Assembly: GCF_030269765.1 (NCBI RefSeq)
Contig: NZ_BSTX01000001.1
Location: 1,975,571 to 2,039,570, forward strand
DNA: 64,000 nt
Origin: Actinorhabdospora filicis
Lineage (GTDB): Bacteria; Actinomycetota; Actinomycetes; Mycobacteriales; Micromonosporaceae
Reading direction: 5' to 3'
Shown here piece by piece: positions 25,860 through 36,883 of the stretch. The translations under genes and the position numbers were made by a program. Within the stretch, counting starts at the first letter, position 1; each line of letters starts with the position of its first letter. Under the pieces are notes generated by a model. It was given only the letters and a program-made list of their open reading frames with translations. It had not been told where the DNA came from and did not search any database.

Positions 25860-28800
25860 TCACCGCTCCCGGATCGCCCGCTCCACCGCGCTGACCTGGT
25901 CGGCGAGCAGCCCGACCGCGCCCACGGCGCGGGCGAGCGGGTCGTCACCGCTGCCGCCGAGGGCGCGGGCGCGCAGGTAGCCCTGGCGGACCTCGTCCCA
26001 GCGGCGGGACTGCTCCTCGGAGAGGCGCCCGCGCAGGGCGGCCAGCTTCAGCAGGTTCGACTCGGCGCCGCTGGTGAGGGTCTGGGCCTCACCGGCGTAG
26101 TGGTCGTCGATGACGGCTTCCAGCTCCTCGTCGTTCATGGCGGGCACGATCCGCTCGGCGAGCTTGTTCATGTTGCGGTAGCTGCCCTGGAGCTGGAACG
26201 GGGGTTCCACGCGGGTGTCGTCGGACTGGGCCGCGGAGGCGATGTAGGCCTGGTTGTTGGCCAGGACGACGCGCTGGACGCGGCGGAGCTTACGCAGGAC
26301 GGACAGGATCCGCTCCAGCTCGGTGGCGGTGTAGGGGTGGGACAGGGCGTCGGGTGAGGCGGTGGAGTCGCCGTCGGCAAGGCGTACCAGAAGTTCCACG
26401 TCGCCGCGCTCGCGAGTGGACAGTGGCGCCAGCACGGGGTTCGAGGTGAGCGAGTTCTCCACATAGGACAGTGCGAACAGCTCCTCGCGGCCGGACAGCA
26501 CGTCGCCCAGGTTCCACACGTCGGCGCGGTTGGCGAGCATGTCGGGGATGCGGAAGCGCTGGCCGCTCTCGGTGTAGGGGTTGCCGGCCATGCACACCGC
26601 GAACCGCTTGCCGCGCAGGTCGTAGGTGCGGGTGCGGCCCTCCCAGACGCCCTCCATGCGGCGCTGGCCGTCGCAGAGGGAGATGAACTTCTGCAGCAGT
26701 TCCGGCGAGGTGTGCTGGATGTCGTCCAGGTACAGCAGGACGTTACTGCCCGCCTCCAGCGCGAAGTTGATCTTCTCCACCTCCTGGCGGGACGTCGCGT
26801 CGGGCGCCTCGGCGGGGTCGAGGGAGGTGACGTGATGGCCGAGGGAGGGCCCGTTCACCTTCACGAACACCAGACCGAGGCGGGAGGCGACGTACTCCAT
26901 GAGGGTCGTCTTGCCGTAGCCGGGCGGGGAGATCAGCAGCAGCATCCCGGACTGGTCGGTGCGCTTGTCGTCGCCGGCCGCGCCGATCTGCTTGGCGAGG
27001 TTGGCGCCGATCAGCGGCAGGTACACCTCGTCCAGGAGGCGGTTGCGGACGAAGGAGGTGAGCACCTTCGGCTTGTACTCCTCCAGCCGCAGGCGATCGC
27101 GTTCGGCGCCCAGCAGGACGTTGCGGGCGCGCTGGTAGTCGCGGAAGCCGGGCACGCGCTCGCGGCGGAAGCGGGCGGTGCGGGCCAGGACCTCGTCCAG
27201 CCGGAAGGACAGGCGGCGGCCCTCGACGCGGGCGTGCGTCCCCAGTAGACCGTCCACGGTGGCGGTGAGGGTGGCCGAGGAGTCGCGGCGGGCGACGTCC
27301 TTGCCGAGCGCCTCGATCGCCACCGCCTCGGGCAGGTCGGCCGCGTCCCCTTCGGCGCCGGACGCCAGGAACGCGCCCAGCCACGCCGAGGTGAGCTGGT
27401 GGCGGGCGGCCAGGTCGTCCCCGAGGGAGCGCAGGTCGTCCTCGTAGGCGGCCAGGCGGGCGCCCAGGGCGGTCCGGAAGCGCTGCGTCAGCTGCTTGGC
27501 CGCGGCGGAGGTGACGAAGCCGTTGCGGGAGCCGGCGAGTTCCTCGAAGAGGTACTCGGCGGCCAGCGGGGCGTCGTCCACAGTGGGCAGGCCGCGCGAC
27601 TCGGTGAAGGCGGCGATCGCGGCGGCCAGTTCGGCGCGCAGGTCGGCGATGGCGCCGGGCTCGCCGAAGAGCTCCCGGACGCGCGACAGCGAGCCGATGC
27701 GGGTGACCAGGGCGGCGCGCTCGTCCTCGGCGGGCCCGTGGGCCCAGTAGAACTGGGCGGCGGCGCGGGCGGCGGGCGGGTAGCGCAGCAGCCCGGCGCT
27801 CTCGTAGAGGCGCAGGACCACGCGCAGGATCTCGGTGGCGTCGTGGTCGTGGACGCCGCGCTCGTAGCCCTCGTCGTAGCGGGACTCGGCGGTGGCGCGG
27901 ACCAGGTCCGGCAGGCCGTCGCCGACGGCGGCCTCGTGCAGCTGGAGCAGGCGCCCGGCGGCGCGCTCGGCGTCCAGAATGGACGCCGCCAGGTACTCGG
28001 CGCGGTAGACATCGGCGGTCTCCGAGACCAGCACCTGGCCCCAGTAGTCGCGGGTGGCGGCGAAGGCGGGATCGCCGACCACGCGCCGGTAGTCGGTGCC
28101 GGTGAGGGAGAAGGCCAGCTCGCCGTCGGAGGGCACCAGCGTCAGGTCGAGGGGCTGGGTGTTGACCGGGAGGCGGTGGCGGCCCAGCTTGATGGTGTCG
28201 CCGTCGTAGAGGTCCTGCCGGTCGCGCAGGGAGCGCCCGGCCTCCTGGCGGGCGGCCTTGATGCGCCCGGCCAGTTCCTCGGCGCGGACGCCGTCGCCCA
28301 GCGCGCGCAGCTCATCGGCGACCGAGCGGAGCTTGGCCACCATCGGGTCGGTGGCGAAGTAGGTGTTGACCGCGTCCAGCGAGTCCAGAGTGGACACCCG
28401 GCGGTTGACGGAGTCCAGGATGCGCTCGGCGGAGTCGGCCAGCCGCTCGGCGCGGCGGGCGCGCTCGTCGAGCAGGTTCTGCTTGCGGGAGGAGAAGGCC
28501 TCGTAGACGTCGGTGCGCTTGGCGGCCAGCTCGCCGAGGAAGTCGTCGAACTCGCCGAAGCGCGACTCCAGGTTCTCCAGCTGGAGCATCAGGCGGCCGA
28601 GCTGCTCGTCGCAGGACTCGGGCGTGGACGCCGCGGCCAGCGCGCCGGTGACGGCCTGGCCCAGCAGCGCGAACTCGGCGGCGAACTCCGCGCGTCCCTC
28701 CGAGGACAGCAGCTCGCGGCGGCGGGCGTCGAGGGTGGCGCGGGCCCGGTTGACCCCGGCCAGCACCTCGCCGATGCGCTCCAGGATCCCGGTGCGCACG

Positions 28801-30776
28801 GTGGCGTCGGCGATGTCGAGTGTGGACACCACCTCGGTGAGGACCTCCAGCCCGGCGCTCTGCTCGGCCAGCCGCTCGGTCAGCGGTTTGGCCTGCGCGA
28901 CCGAGCCGATGGCCTCGGCCTCGGCGGTGAGGCGGGCGATGGACTCGTGGTAGCCGGCGAAGGCGTCGGCGGCCCGCAGGAAGTCCACCGCGCGCCCGGC
29001 GGCCGAGGCGAGCTCGGCGGCCACCGCGTCGTCCAGTGTGGACAGGCGGGCCAGGTCGAGGTAGCGGCGGTCCCGCAGGGTCACCAGGTGCCCCTGCGCG
29101 CCGCGGAGTTCGGCGAGCTGGGCGACCCAGGCGTCGGCGGTCTTGGGCGCCTCGCCGCTGGAGCGGCGGATCATCGAGCGCGTGTCGCTCTCGGCCCGGT
29201 CGAGGTCGGCGGCGGCCTGGTCGGTGAGCTCGCGGACGGTCTCGTACTCGTCGAGGACCTGCTCGGCGGTGGCGCGGACGCCGCCGAGCGGCTCGTCCAG
29301 GCCGCCCAGTTCGTCGTCCCCGAGCCAGTAGTAGGCGTCGGCGGCGCGGACGCAGGCGGCGATCAGCGCCTCGTAGACCTCGATGGAGGGCGCCATCTCG
29401 GCGACCATGCGGGCGATCGACAGGCAGTCGGACACCCCGCGGACCAGCTCGGCGTTGCCGATCCGCTCCAGCGGGCCGGTGCCGACGGGCCGCTCGGCGG
29501 CGAAGGTGTCGGACACGAAGGCGGTCTGCCACACCTGCATCGGGTGGACCCGGGAGGGTTCTTCGCCGTTGGCCCGGAACGCCACCATGGTGCCGTCCTC
29601 GAACAGCGAGTACCCGTGGCAGCTCAGGGGTGTGCTGACTTCCTTGCGGATCAGGTTGTAGGGCAGCAGGAGCGTGCGGCCCTCGGCGCGCTGGTAGAAG
29701 ACGAACAGCACGTCCTCGCCGTTGGGTGAGCGCACGACGCGCTCGAACTCCAGCTCGGCGGGGTCGGTGTCGAAGGTCTTGGCCACGCCGGTGGCGAGGT
29801 AGTAGCCGCCGGGGAAGATGAGGCCCTGGTCCTCGGGCAGGACCCGGCAGGCCTGGCCGATGCCGTCGAGCCGGTCGACGGTCTTGGTGCGGGTATTGAA
29901 GACCAGGTGCCGCACGACGGTCTCGTTGTACGGGCGGATCCGCAGCAGGATCAGCGCACCGACGCGGGCGTAGGAGATGTCGGCGTCGGCGAGGCTCTGC
30001 AGCTTCTCGTCGACGGCCTCGCGGTAGACGCCCTCGCCGGTCTCGGTGTTGTTCTCGATCTTGATGGTCAGGTCGCCGCCGACGGTCTCCACGAAGACCT
30101 CGCCGCCGATGGAGACGTGCGGGTGGCGGCCCAGGACGTGGTCGTCGCGGGTGGTGGGCGTCCACTCGAAGTCGTGCGAGGGCGGGAAGACGTGGTCGCG
30201 GTCGCCACGGGCGTCCATGTAGGACACATCACCGGCGGCGGTGACGTTCCAGCGCAGGACGCGGATGTCGTCGATCTTCTCGCCGATCTGGAACACCGCG
30301 AGCAGCCGGCCCTCGACCCGGCGCAGCTGGAGCAGGTGCGCCTGCCGGTAGTAGCGGTACAGCTCGGCGAAGTCGCGCTGGAACTGGGCGTCGTCCAGCA
30401 GCCCCGGCAGGTCGCCGGGTTCGGCGGGGGTGAAGGTGAAGGAGTCGCCGTCGCGCTCGAAGCGGTGCAGGGAGAACACGTCGGAGACGGTGGTCTCCGG
30501 GCGCAGCCCGATGAACACGTTGTACCCGAACAGCATCAGCCCGCCGACCTCGACGATGTCGCGGGGGACGCAGTTGTTGGCGGTGCGGACGCGTTCGGTG
30601 CCCAGCAGGGACAGCTCGGTGCCGCCGAAGACCTCCAGGCGGCGCGCGTTCAGGTCCTCGGCCCGCCGCGCCAGCTTCTGCGACTGTTCGGCCAGCCGCG
30701 CGCGCAGGACCTCGTAGGTCCCGGCGTCGAGCTCGGCCGCGGGGGCGGGGGTGATGGTCTCGGTGGGCTGGCTCAT
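25860..30776 (-). CDS. giant (~1638 aa) AAA+ ATPase of unknown function (MoxR/dynein-like C-terminal domain, long helical N-terminus)
   Basis: GAGGAG RBS upstream of the ATG at 30776. Walker A ISPPGYGKTTL (approx. nt 26905-26935), Walker B NVLLYLDD, sensor NRADVW. Long coiled-coil-rich N-terminal 1200 aa. Lies 43 nt downstream of the flotillin gene on the same strand. Confidence 0.8.
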   Translation of the reverse strand: MSQPTETITPAPAAELDAGTYEVLRARLAEQSQKLARRAEDLNARRLEVFGGTELSLLGTERVRTANNCVPRDIVEVGGLMLFGYNVFIGLRPETTVSDVFSLHRFERDGDSFTFTPAEPGDLPGLLDDAQFQRDFAELYRYYRQAHLLQLRRVEGRLLAVFQIGEKIDDIRVLRWNVTAAGDVSYMDARGDRDHVFPPSHDFEWTPTTRDDHVLGRHPHVSIGGEVFVETVGGDLTIKIENNTETGEGVYREAVDEKLQSLADADISYARVGALILLRIRPYNETVVRHLVFNTRTKTVDRLDGIGQACRVLPEDQGLIFPGGYYLATGVAKTFDTDPAELEFERVVRSPNGEDVLFVFYQRAEGRTLLLPYNLIRKEVSTPLSCHGYSLFEDGTMVAFRANGEEPSRVHPMQVWQTAFVSDTFAAERPVGTGPLERIGNAELVRGVSDCLSIARMVAEMAPSIEVYEALIAACVRAADAYYWLGDDELGGLDEPLGGVRATAEQVLDEYETVRELTDQAAADLDRAESDTRSMIRRSSGEAPKTADAWVAQLAELRGAQGHLVTLRDRRYLDLARLSTLDDAVAAELASAAGRAVDFLRAADAFAGYHESIARLTAEAEAIGSVAQAKPLTERLAEQSAGLEVLTEVVSTLDIADATVRTGILERIGEVLAGVNRARATLDARRRELLSSEGRAEFAAEFALLGQAVTGALAAASTPESCDEQLGRLMLQLENLESRFGEFDDFLGELAAKRTDVYEAFSSRKQNLLDERARRAERLADSAERILDSVNRRVSTLDSLDAVNTYFATDPMVAKLRSVADELRALGDGVRAEELAGRIKAARQEAGRSLRDRQDLYDGDTIKLGRHRLPVNTQPLDLTLVPSDGELAFSLTGTDYRRVVGDPAFAATRDYWGQVLVSETADVYRAEYLAASILDAERAAGRLLQLHEAAVGDGLPDLVRATAESRYDEGYERGVHDHDATEILRVVLRLYESAGLLRYPPAARAAAQFYWAHGPAEDERAALVTRIGSLSRVRELFGEPGAIADLRAELAAAIAAFTESRGLPTVDDAPLAAEYLFEELAGSRNGFVTSAAAKQLTQRFRTALGARLAAYEDDLRSLGDDLAARHQLTSAWLGAFLASGAEGDAADLPEAVAIEALGKDVARRDSSATLTATVDGLLGTHARVEGRRLSFRLDEVLARTARFRRERVPGFRDYQRARNVLLGAERDRLRLEEYKPKVLTSFVRNRLLDEVYLPLIGANLAKQIGAAGDDKRTDQSGMLLLISPPGYGKTTLMEYVASRLGLVFVKVNGPSLGHHVTSLDPAEAPDATSRQEVEKINFALEAGSNVLLYLDDIQHTSPELLQKFISLCDGQRRMEGVWEGRTRTYDLRGKRFAVCMAGNPYTESGQRFRIPDMLANRADVWNLGDVLSGREELFALSYVENSLTSNPVLAPLSTRERGDVELLVRLADGDSTASPDALSHPYTATELERILSVLRKLRRVQRVVLANNQAYIASAAQSDDTRVEPPFQLQGSYRNMNKLAERIVPAMNDEELEAVIDDHYAGEAQTLTSGAESNLLKLAALRGRLSEEQSRRWDEVRQGYLRARALGGSGDDPLARAVGAVGLLADQVSAVERAIRER

Positions 30777-30863
30777 GTCGGCTCCTCGCCAGGGCAATGA
30801 CGAATAGGCGGGCGGGCACAAAGGAGTGGGACGGACGCCTCCCGGCGTCCGTCCCCAGTGGAC

Positions 30864-32942
30864 CTACTTGGCGGCCGCGGTCAGCGCCGCCACCGGCGCG
30901 TCGGCCAGCCCCAGGCTGCGGGCCACGCCCAGCAGCTCGGTGAGCTTGTCGGCGTGCGGGCCGCCGTTGCCGATGAGCTTGACCAGCAGCGCCGAGATGG
31001 TGAGGTTCTTGACGTCCTCGGTGGACACCGACGACAGCAGGCGGGTGATGTCCTGCGTGAAGTCGCTGGACCCGTTCAGCCAGCTCGCGCCGAGCGTGGA
31101 GACCACATCGGACTGCTGGACGAAGCCGTCCACGGCCTTGCCCATGCCGATCGCGCCGGTGACGCGGTCGAAGAACGCCCCGTCGCCGCCGACGATGCTG
31201 ATGTCGGCCTTCTCCAGGCCGGTGGCCAGGACCCGGGCCTGCGCCTCGGCGACCTCGCGGTGCACGTTGATGCCGGCCAGGCGCACGTCCTTCTCCGCCT
31301 CCAGGCGCAGCCGGAACTCCTCGTGCTCGCGGGACGCCTCGTCCAGCGCCGCCATCGCGGCCGCCTTCTGCGTGAGCCCCTCGGCCTCGCCGAGCAGCCG
31401 GTCCTTCAGGGCCTGCGCCTCGGCGCGGCCCTTCGCCTCCAGCGCGGCGGCCTCGGACGCGCCGGTCTCGCGCAGCACCTCGGCGCGCGCCTTGCCCTTC
31501 GCGGCCTCCGCGGCCGCCTCGGCCAGACCCGACTTCTCGATGACGTCGGCCTCCTGCTCGCGGACCTGGACCTCGGCGAGACCGGTCGCGGCCATCTCGG
31601 CCTGGACGCCCTCGGCCAGGCGGATCTTGGCCCGCGCGTCCAGCTCGGCGGCCTGCTGGCGCGCCTCGGCCAGGATCAGGTTCTCGCGCGCCTTGTGCTT
31701 GGCCGCGGCCTCGGCGGCCTCGGCGGCCTTGATGTCCTTGACCAGGCCCTCCTGCGCCTCGGCCTCGGCCTGGATGATGATGGCCTGGCGGGTGCGCTCG
31801 GCCTCCTCGACGGTGCGCAGGCGCTTGATGTTCTCCTCCTGCTCGGCCACCGTCTTCTCCACCGCGATGCGTTCGCGGATGACCTCGGCGATCGAGCGCT
31901 TCTCGCCCTCGACCTCCTTGTCCTTGGAGATCGTGGACAGCTGGACCTCGCGCTCACGCGCGACGACCTCAAGCAGCCGGTCCTTCTCGATGCGCTCGGT
32001 CTCGATGGCGATGACGCGCTCGCGGTTCTTCTCGGCCACCGCGATCTCGCGGGCCTGGTTCTCCTTCTGGATGCCCAGCTGCTCCTCGGTGCGGATGTCG
32101 GCGGTGGACGACTTCAGCCGCTCCTCGGCGCGGACCTTCTCGATCTCGGCCTCCTCGCGGGCCCGCATCGTCTCGATCTCGCGCCGCTGCTTGATCTCGG
32201 CCTCCGACTGGCGCCGCTCCAGCTCCAGGATCGCCTCCTTGGCGTCCACGTCCTGGCGCTTGAGCTCCTTCTCCTGGTTGCGGCGGTAGTCGTTGGTGCG
32301 GACCGACTCGATCGCGGTCAGCTCGGTGATCTTGCGGATGCCCTGCGCGTCCAGGATGTTCTGCGGGTCGAGCTGCCCCATCGGGGTCTGCTCCAGGTAG
32401 TCGATCGCGGCGTCTTCGAGGCTGTACCCGTTCAGATCGGTGCCGATGACGCGGATGATCTGGTCGCGGAACTCGTCGCGCTTGGTGTACAGGTCGACGA
32501 AGTCGAGCTGCTTGCCGACGGTCTTGAGGGCCTCGGAGAACTTCGCGTTGAACAGCTCCTGGAGCGTGTGCTCATCGGAGGCGCGGGCGGTGCCGATCGC
32601 CTGCGCGACCTTGACGACGTCCTCGACGGTCTTGTTGACCCGCACGAAGAACGAGATGCGGATGTCGGCGCGGATGTTGTCCTGGCAGATCAGGCCCTCG
32701 GTGCCGGTCCGCTTGATCTCGATGGTCTTCACCGAGATGTCCATCAGCTCGGCCTTGTGCAGCACCGGGAGCACCACGGCGCCGGTGAACGTGACGTCCA
32801 CTTTGCGCAGTTTGGAGATGATGAGGGCCTTGCCCTGCTCGACCTTGCGGAACAACCGCGAGACGGCGAACAGGATCACCAGCAGGATCACCAGGAGCAC
32901 GGCGGCGACGACTACCGCCGTCGACGAGAAGAACTCAGTCAT
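30864..32942 (-). CDS. flotillin (SPFH/band-7 domain, FloT/YqiK-like)
   Basis: N-terminal TM helix, SPFH domain, then a long Glu/Ala/Arg-rich coiled-coil region (EAEIEKVRAEERLK...) and a C-terminal domain. Confidence 0.9.
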   Translation of the reverse strand: MTEFFSSTAVVVAAVLLVILLVILFAVSRLFRKVEQGKALIISKLRKVDVTFTGAVVLPVLHKAELMDISVKTIEIKRTGTEGLICQDNIRADIRISFFVRVNKTVEDVVKVAQAIGTARASDEHTLQELFNAKFSEALKTVGKQLDFVDLYTKRDEFRDQIIRVIGTDLNGYSLEDAAIDYLEQTPMGQLDPQNILDAQGIRKITELTAIESVRTNDYRRNQEKELKRQDVDAKEAILELERRQSEAEIKQRREIETMRAREEAEIEKVRAEERLKSSTADIRTEEQLGIQKENQAREIAVAEKNRERVIAIETERIEKDRLLEVVAREREVQLSTISKDKEVEGEKRSIAEVIRERIAVEKTVAEQEENIKRLRTVEEAERTRQAIIIQAEAEAQEGLVKDIKAAEAAEAAAKHKARENLILAEARQQAAELDARAKIRLAEGVQAEMAATGLAEVQVREQEADVIEKSGLAEAAAEAAKGKARAEVLRETGASEAAALEAKGRAEAQALKDRLLGEAEGLTQKAAAMAALDEASREHEEFRLRLEAEKDVRLAGINVHREVAEAQARVLATGLEKADISIVGGDGAFFDRVTGAIGMGKAVDGFVQQSDVVSTLGASWLNGSSDFTQDITRLLSSVSTEDVKNLTISALLVKLIGNGGPHADKLTELLGVARSLGLADAPVAALTAAAK

Positions 32943-32980
32943 GTGTTCGACCTCGGTGTGAAGGGCAATTGGGCAATGTC

Positions 32981-33604
32981 TTACAGAGAAGTCGTGGGCA
33001 GTCCGTCGGCGCCGACCGGCGTCACGAAGAACACCTCGCGGATTTCGTCGTAGTCGAAGATCAGCGCGGTGTCACCGATCTTGAGCACGGCGTCCCCGTG
33101 GACGCGGACCTGCACGATCGAGGTCCCGCCACCGGGCGAGGAAACCTCCGCCTGACCGAAATCGCCGGTCACCCGTCCCGTTTTGATGAGACAAGGACGG
33201 CCGACCAGATCGGCGCGGGAAATGTTGGGTTCGGGCGCGAAAACCCGGCGCAACGGGGCGATGAACGCCCGCGTGAGCGCCCACGCCACGACCAGGGCGA
33301 TGAGCAGCACGACGACGCCGAGGCCGATGCGCACGGCGAGAGGCGAATCCAGCAGCAATGCGGTCCCGATGAGACTGACCGTCCAGGAGAACAGGGTCAT
33401 GAAGCTGATGACGATGGTGACGGGCACATGTCCCAGCCCAAGCCCCGCGAGGGCGCCACCGGTGTCCGCCGCGCCGGCGCCGTCCAGCACCTCGGAGTCG
33501 GCCAGCCCGATCAGGGTGAACAGCCAGAAACCGATGACCACCAGAAGCAGCACGGTGAACGGGACGGCCGGGAAAGCGAGACTGGCCTTGATGAGGGTGC
33601 TCAC
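32981..33604 (-). CDS. NfeD-like membrane protein (flotillin-associated)
   Basis: Polytopic N-terminus plus a C-terminal soluble OB-like segment (GRVTGDFGQAEVSS...IVQVRVHGD). Directly upstream of the flotillin gene, the classic nfeD-floT arrangement. Confidence 0.75.
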   Translation of the reverse strand: MSTLIKASLAFPAVPFTVLLLVVIGFWLFTLIGLADSEVLDGAGAADTGGALAGLGLGHVPVTIVISFMTLFSWTVSLIGTALLLDSPLAVRIGLGVVVLLIALVVAWALTRAFIAPLRRVFAPEPNISRADLVGRPCLIKTGRVTGDFGQAEVSSPGGGTSIVQVRVHGDAVLKIGDTALIFDYDEIREVFFVTPVGADGLPTTSL

Positions 33605-33657
33605 TCACACGCTCGCATTGCTGCGCCTCATACAGCCGATCCGCTCCTCACGTGGGT

Positions 33658-33669
33658 CTTGAATTCAAG
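33658..33669. promoter_or_regulatory. AT-rich 12-bp perfect palindrome upstream of nfeD
   Basis: CTTGAATTCAAG in the nfeD 5' region. The rc strand has TTGACA nearby. Candidate operator. Confidence 0.25.
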
Positions 33670-33784
33670 GTAGCGGGTCGTGTCAAGAAAGCGGGCTGGC
33701 GGAATGGGGCGAAGTGAGTGGAGGAATGGGGGATGCGCGGGCCGAAAGGGGCGGATCAGCGTGATGGGGATCTCGGGCGGGCAC

Positions 33785-33818
33785 GAAAAAACGGCCCGGA
33801 GCCCACGCCCCGGGCCGT
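33785..33818 (-). terminator. rho-independent terminator of msiK
   Basis: On the minus strand: ACGGCCCGGGGCGTGGGCTCCGGGCCGT followed by TTTTTT, immediately downstream of the msiK stop. Confidence 0.7.
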
Positions 33819-33830
33819 CCACACACCAGA

Positions 33831-34922
<1,092 letters not shown>

Positions 34923-35057
34923 GGTGGCTCCATTCACCGGCAGGAACGTGCCGGACGATCCGAGTAAAGGGAGACGGCCCGTGAGGGCCGGTCCAGGTAG
35001 CGGCCATTTAAGCCGGTGATCACCGCCGCGGCAAGTGTCCGGAGGTGGTTCGTCCGG

Positions 35058-35522
35058 TTAGCGGCCGGTTTGGGTGGGGGGTTGTGGCCGGGGCGTGACC
35101 TGTCCCCGCGAGCGCAACTCGCCCGCCAGCAGCTCCAGCCCGCCCAGCACCTCCGCCACCGCGTCGGCGTCGAGGTCGCCGACGGTCTCCTCGGCGAGCC
35201 GGACCCAGGTCCGCCGCAGCGGCCCCATCAGGTCGCGGCCCTTCTCGGTGAGGGTGACGGCGTCCTCGGCGCCGGGGGCGCGGGTGATGAGGCCGCCGGT
35301 CTGGAGTTTGCGGACCATGACGGTGACGTTCGGGGGTTCGCAGCCGGTCTTGTCGGCGAGCTGCTTCAGGGCGAGCGGGCCGTGTTCCTGGAGGGCGAGC
35401 AGGAGGGTCTCGTGGCCGGGGTGGAGGCCGAGTTCGGCGAGGAGGGCGGTGGCGATGGCCTTGTGCCGGACGGCGATGGTGCGGATGGCGGTGTTGAGCG
35501 CGTCGGCCCTGGTGAAGTCCAT
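35058..35522 (-). CDS. MarR-family transcriptional regulator
   Basis: Winged-helix MarR core (LKQLADKTGCEPPNVTVMVRKLQTGGLITR). Last gene of the wrbA-MFS-marR operon. Confidence 0.8.
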   Translation of the reverse strand: MDFTRADALNTAIRTIAVRHKAIATALLAELGLHPGHETLLLALQEHGPLALKQLADKTGCEPPNVTVMVRKLQTGGLITRAPGAEDAVTLTEKGRDLMGPLRRTWVRLAEETVGDLDADAVAEVLGGLELLAGELRSRGQVTPRPQPPTQTGR

Positions 35523-35554
35523 CGTCGCCTCCTCGGCGTCACCGTTTCCGCAGT

Positions 35555-36883
35555 TCACACCCTACTCGGCCGCAGCAGGAGACCGACGATGGCGATGGCC
35601 ACGGCGAGTCCGGCGGCGATGAGGAACTCGTGCCCGGCGGCGGTCAGCGCGGCCAGCCCGAGCGAGCTGCCGACCTGCCCGGCGGTGTTGGCGAGGCCGC
35701 CGACGGTGCCCGCGTCGCCGTCGGGGGCCTCGGCGGTGGCGGCGGCCATGAGCGTGGGGAACGTCAGGCCGATGCCGACGGCGATGATGAGCGTCGGGCC
35801 GAGGACGGCGGTGAGGTAGGCGCTGCCGCCGTCGGCGCGGGAGAGCCACACGAAGCCGATGACGAAGGCCGCCGCCCCGGCCAGGATGAGCGGCCGGACG
35901 CCCAGGCGCGGCAGCAGACCGGCGGCCACGCGCGCGACCAGCACGAACATCACCGCGGCGGGCGTCTGCCCGAGTCCCGCTTGCAGCGCGGTGTAGCCGA
36001 GCGCGTTCTGCAGGAGCATCGAGGAGAAGTACCACATCGCGATCGTGACGCCCCCGAACAGCAGCAGCATCAGGGTCCCGACGGCGATGCCGCGGGTGGC
36101 GAACAGCCGCAGCGGCATCATCGGCCGCGCCACCCGGGCCTGGACCGCCACGAACACCACCAGCAGGACCACGCCGCCGGCGATGGGCGCGAGGACCCAC
36201 GGCGAGGTCCAGCCGTGCTCGCCGCCGCCCATGACGCCGTAGATCAGCGCGGCCAGGCCCGCGGTGCCGGTGACCGCGCCGGTCACGTCGAGGGACTCGC
36301 GGCGGCGGGTGGCGGCGGTCAGCGAGGCCAGCGCGAGGGCGATGAGCGCGGCCCCGATGGGCACGTTGATCAGGAACACCCACCGCCACGACAGGCCGCT
36401 GGTGAGGGCGCCGCCCGCGATGGCCCCGGCCATGCCGCCGACGCCGCCGGACGCCGACCACGCCCCGAAGGCCCGGGCCCGCGCGCCCGGCTCGGTGAAG
36501 GTCGTGTTGATGACCGCGAGGGTCGCGGGGGCGAGCAGGGCCGCGCCGACGCCCTGGGCGACGCGGGCGCCGACGAGGACGCCGGGTGTCTGCGCGAGCC
36601 CGGCGACCAGGCTGGCGGCGGAGAAGAGCAGGAGCCCGCCGGTGAGCATCCGGCGGTGCCCGAAGACGTCGGCGGCGCGTCCGCCCAGGAGCATGAACCC
36701 GGCGAAGGTGAGCAGGTAGCCGTTGACCACCCAGGCCAGGCCGGTGCCGAAGCCGAGTTCGTGGTCGACGGCGGGCAGGGCGACGTTCACGATGGACGCG
36801 TCGAGGATGACCATGAACTGGGCGGCGCAGACGAGCGCGAGGACGGGCCCGGTGGAGCGGGTCCGGGGCAGGACGGCGGTCAC
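35555..36883 (-). CDS. MFS transporter (drug:H+ antiporter-like)
   Basis: GTG start with GAAGGAG RBS. Many TM helices. MFS motif region ...GGRAADVFGHRRM. Confidence 0.8.
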   Translation of the reverse strand: MTAVLPRTRSTGPVLALVCAAQFMVILDASIVNVALPAVDHELGFGTGLAWVVNGYLLTFAGFMLLGGRAADVFGHRRMLTGGLLLFSAASLVAGLAQTPGVLVGARVAQGVGAALLAPATLAVINTTFTEPGARARAFGAWSASGGVGGMAGAIAGGALTSGLSWRWVFLINVPIGAALIALALASLTAATRRRESLDVTGAVTGTAGLAALIYGVMGGGEHGWTSPWVLAPIAGGVVLLVVFVAVQARVARPMMPLRLFATRGIAVGTLMLLLFGGVTIAMWYFSSMLLQNALGYTALQAGLGQTPAAVMFVLVARVAAGLLPRLGVRPLILAGAAAFVIGFVWLSRADGGSAYLTAVLGPTLIIAVGIGLTFPTLMAAATAEAPDGDAGTVGGLANTAGQVGSSLGLAALTAAGHEFLIAAGLAVAIAIVGLLLRPSRV

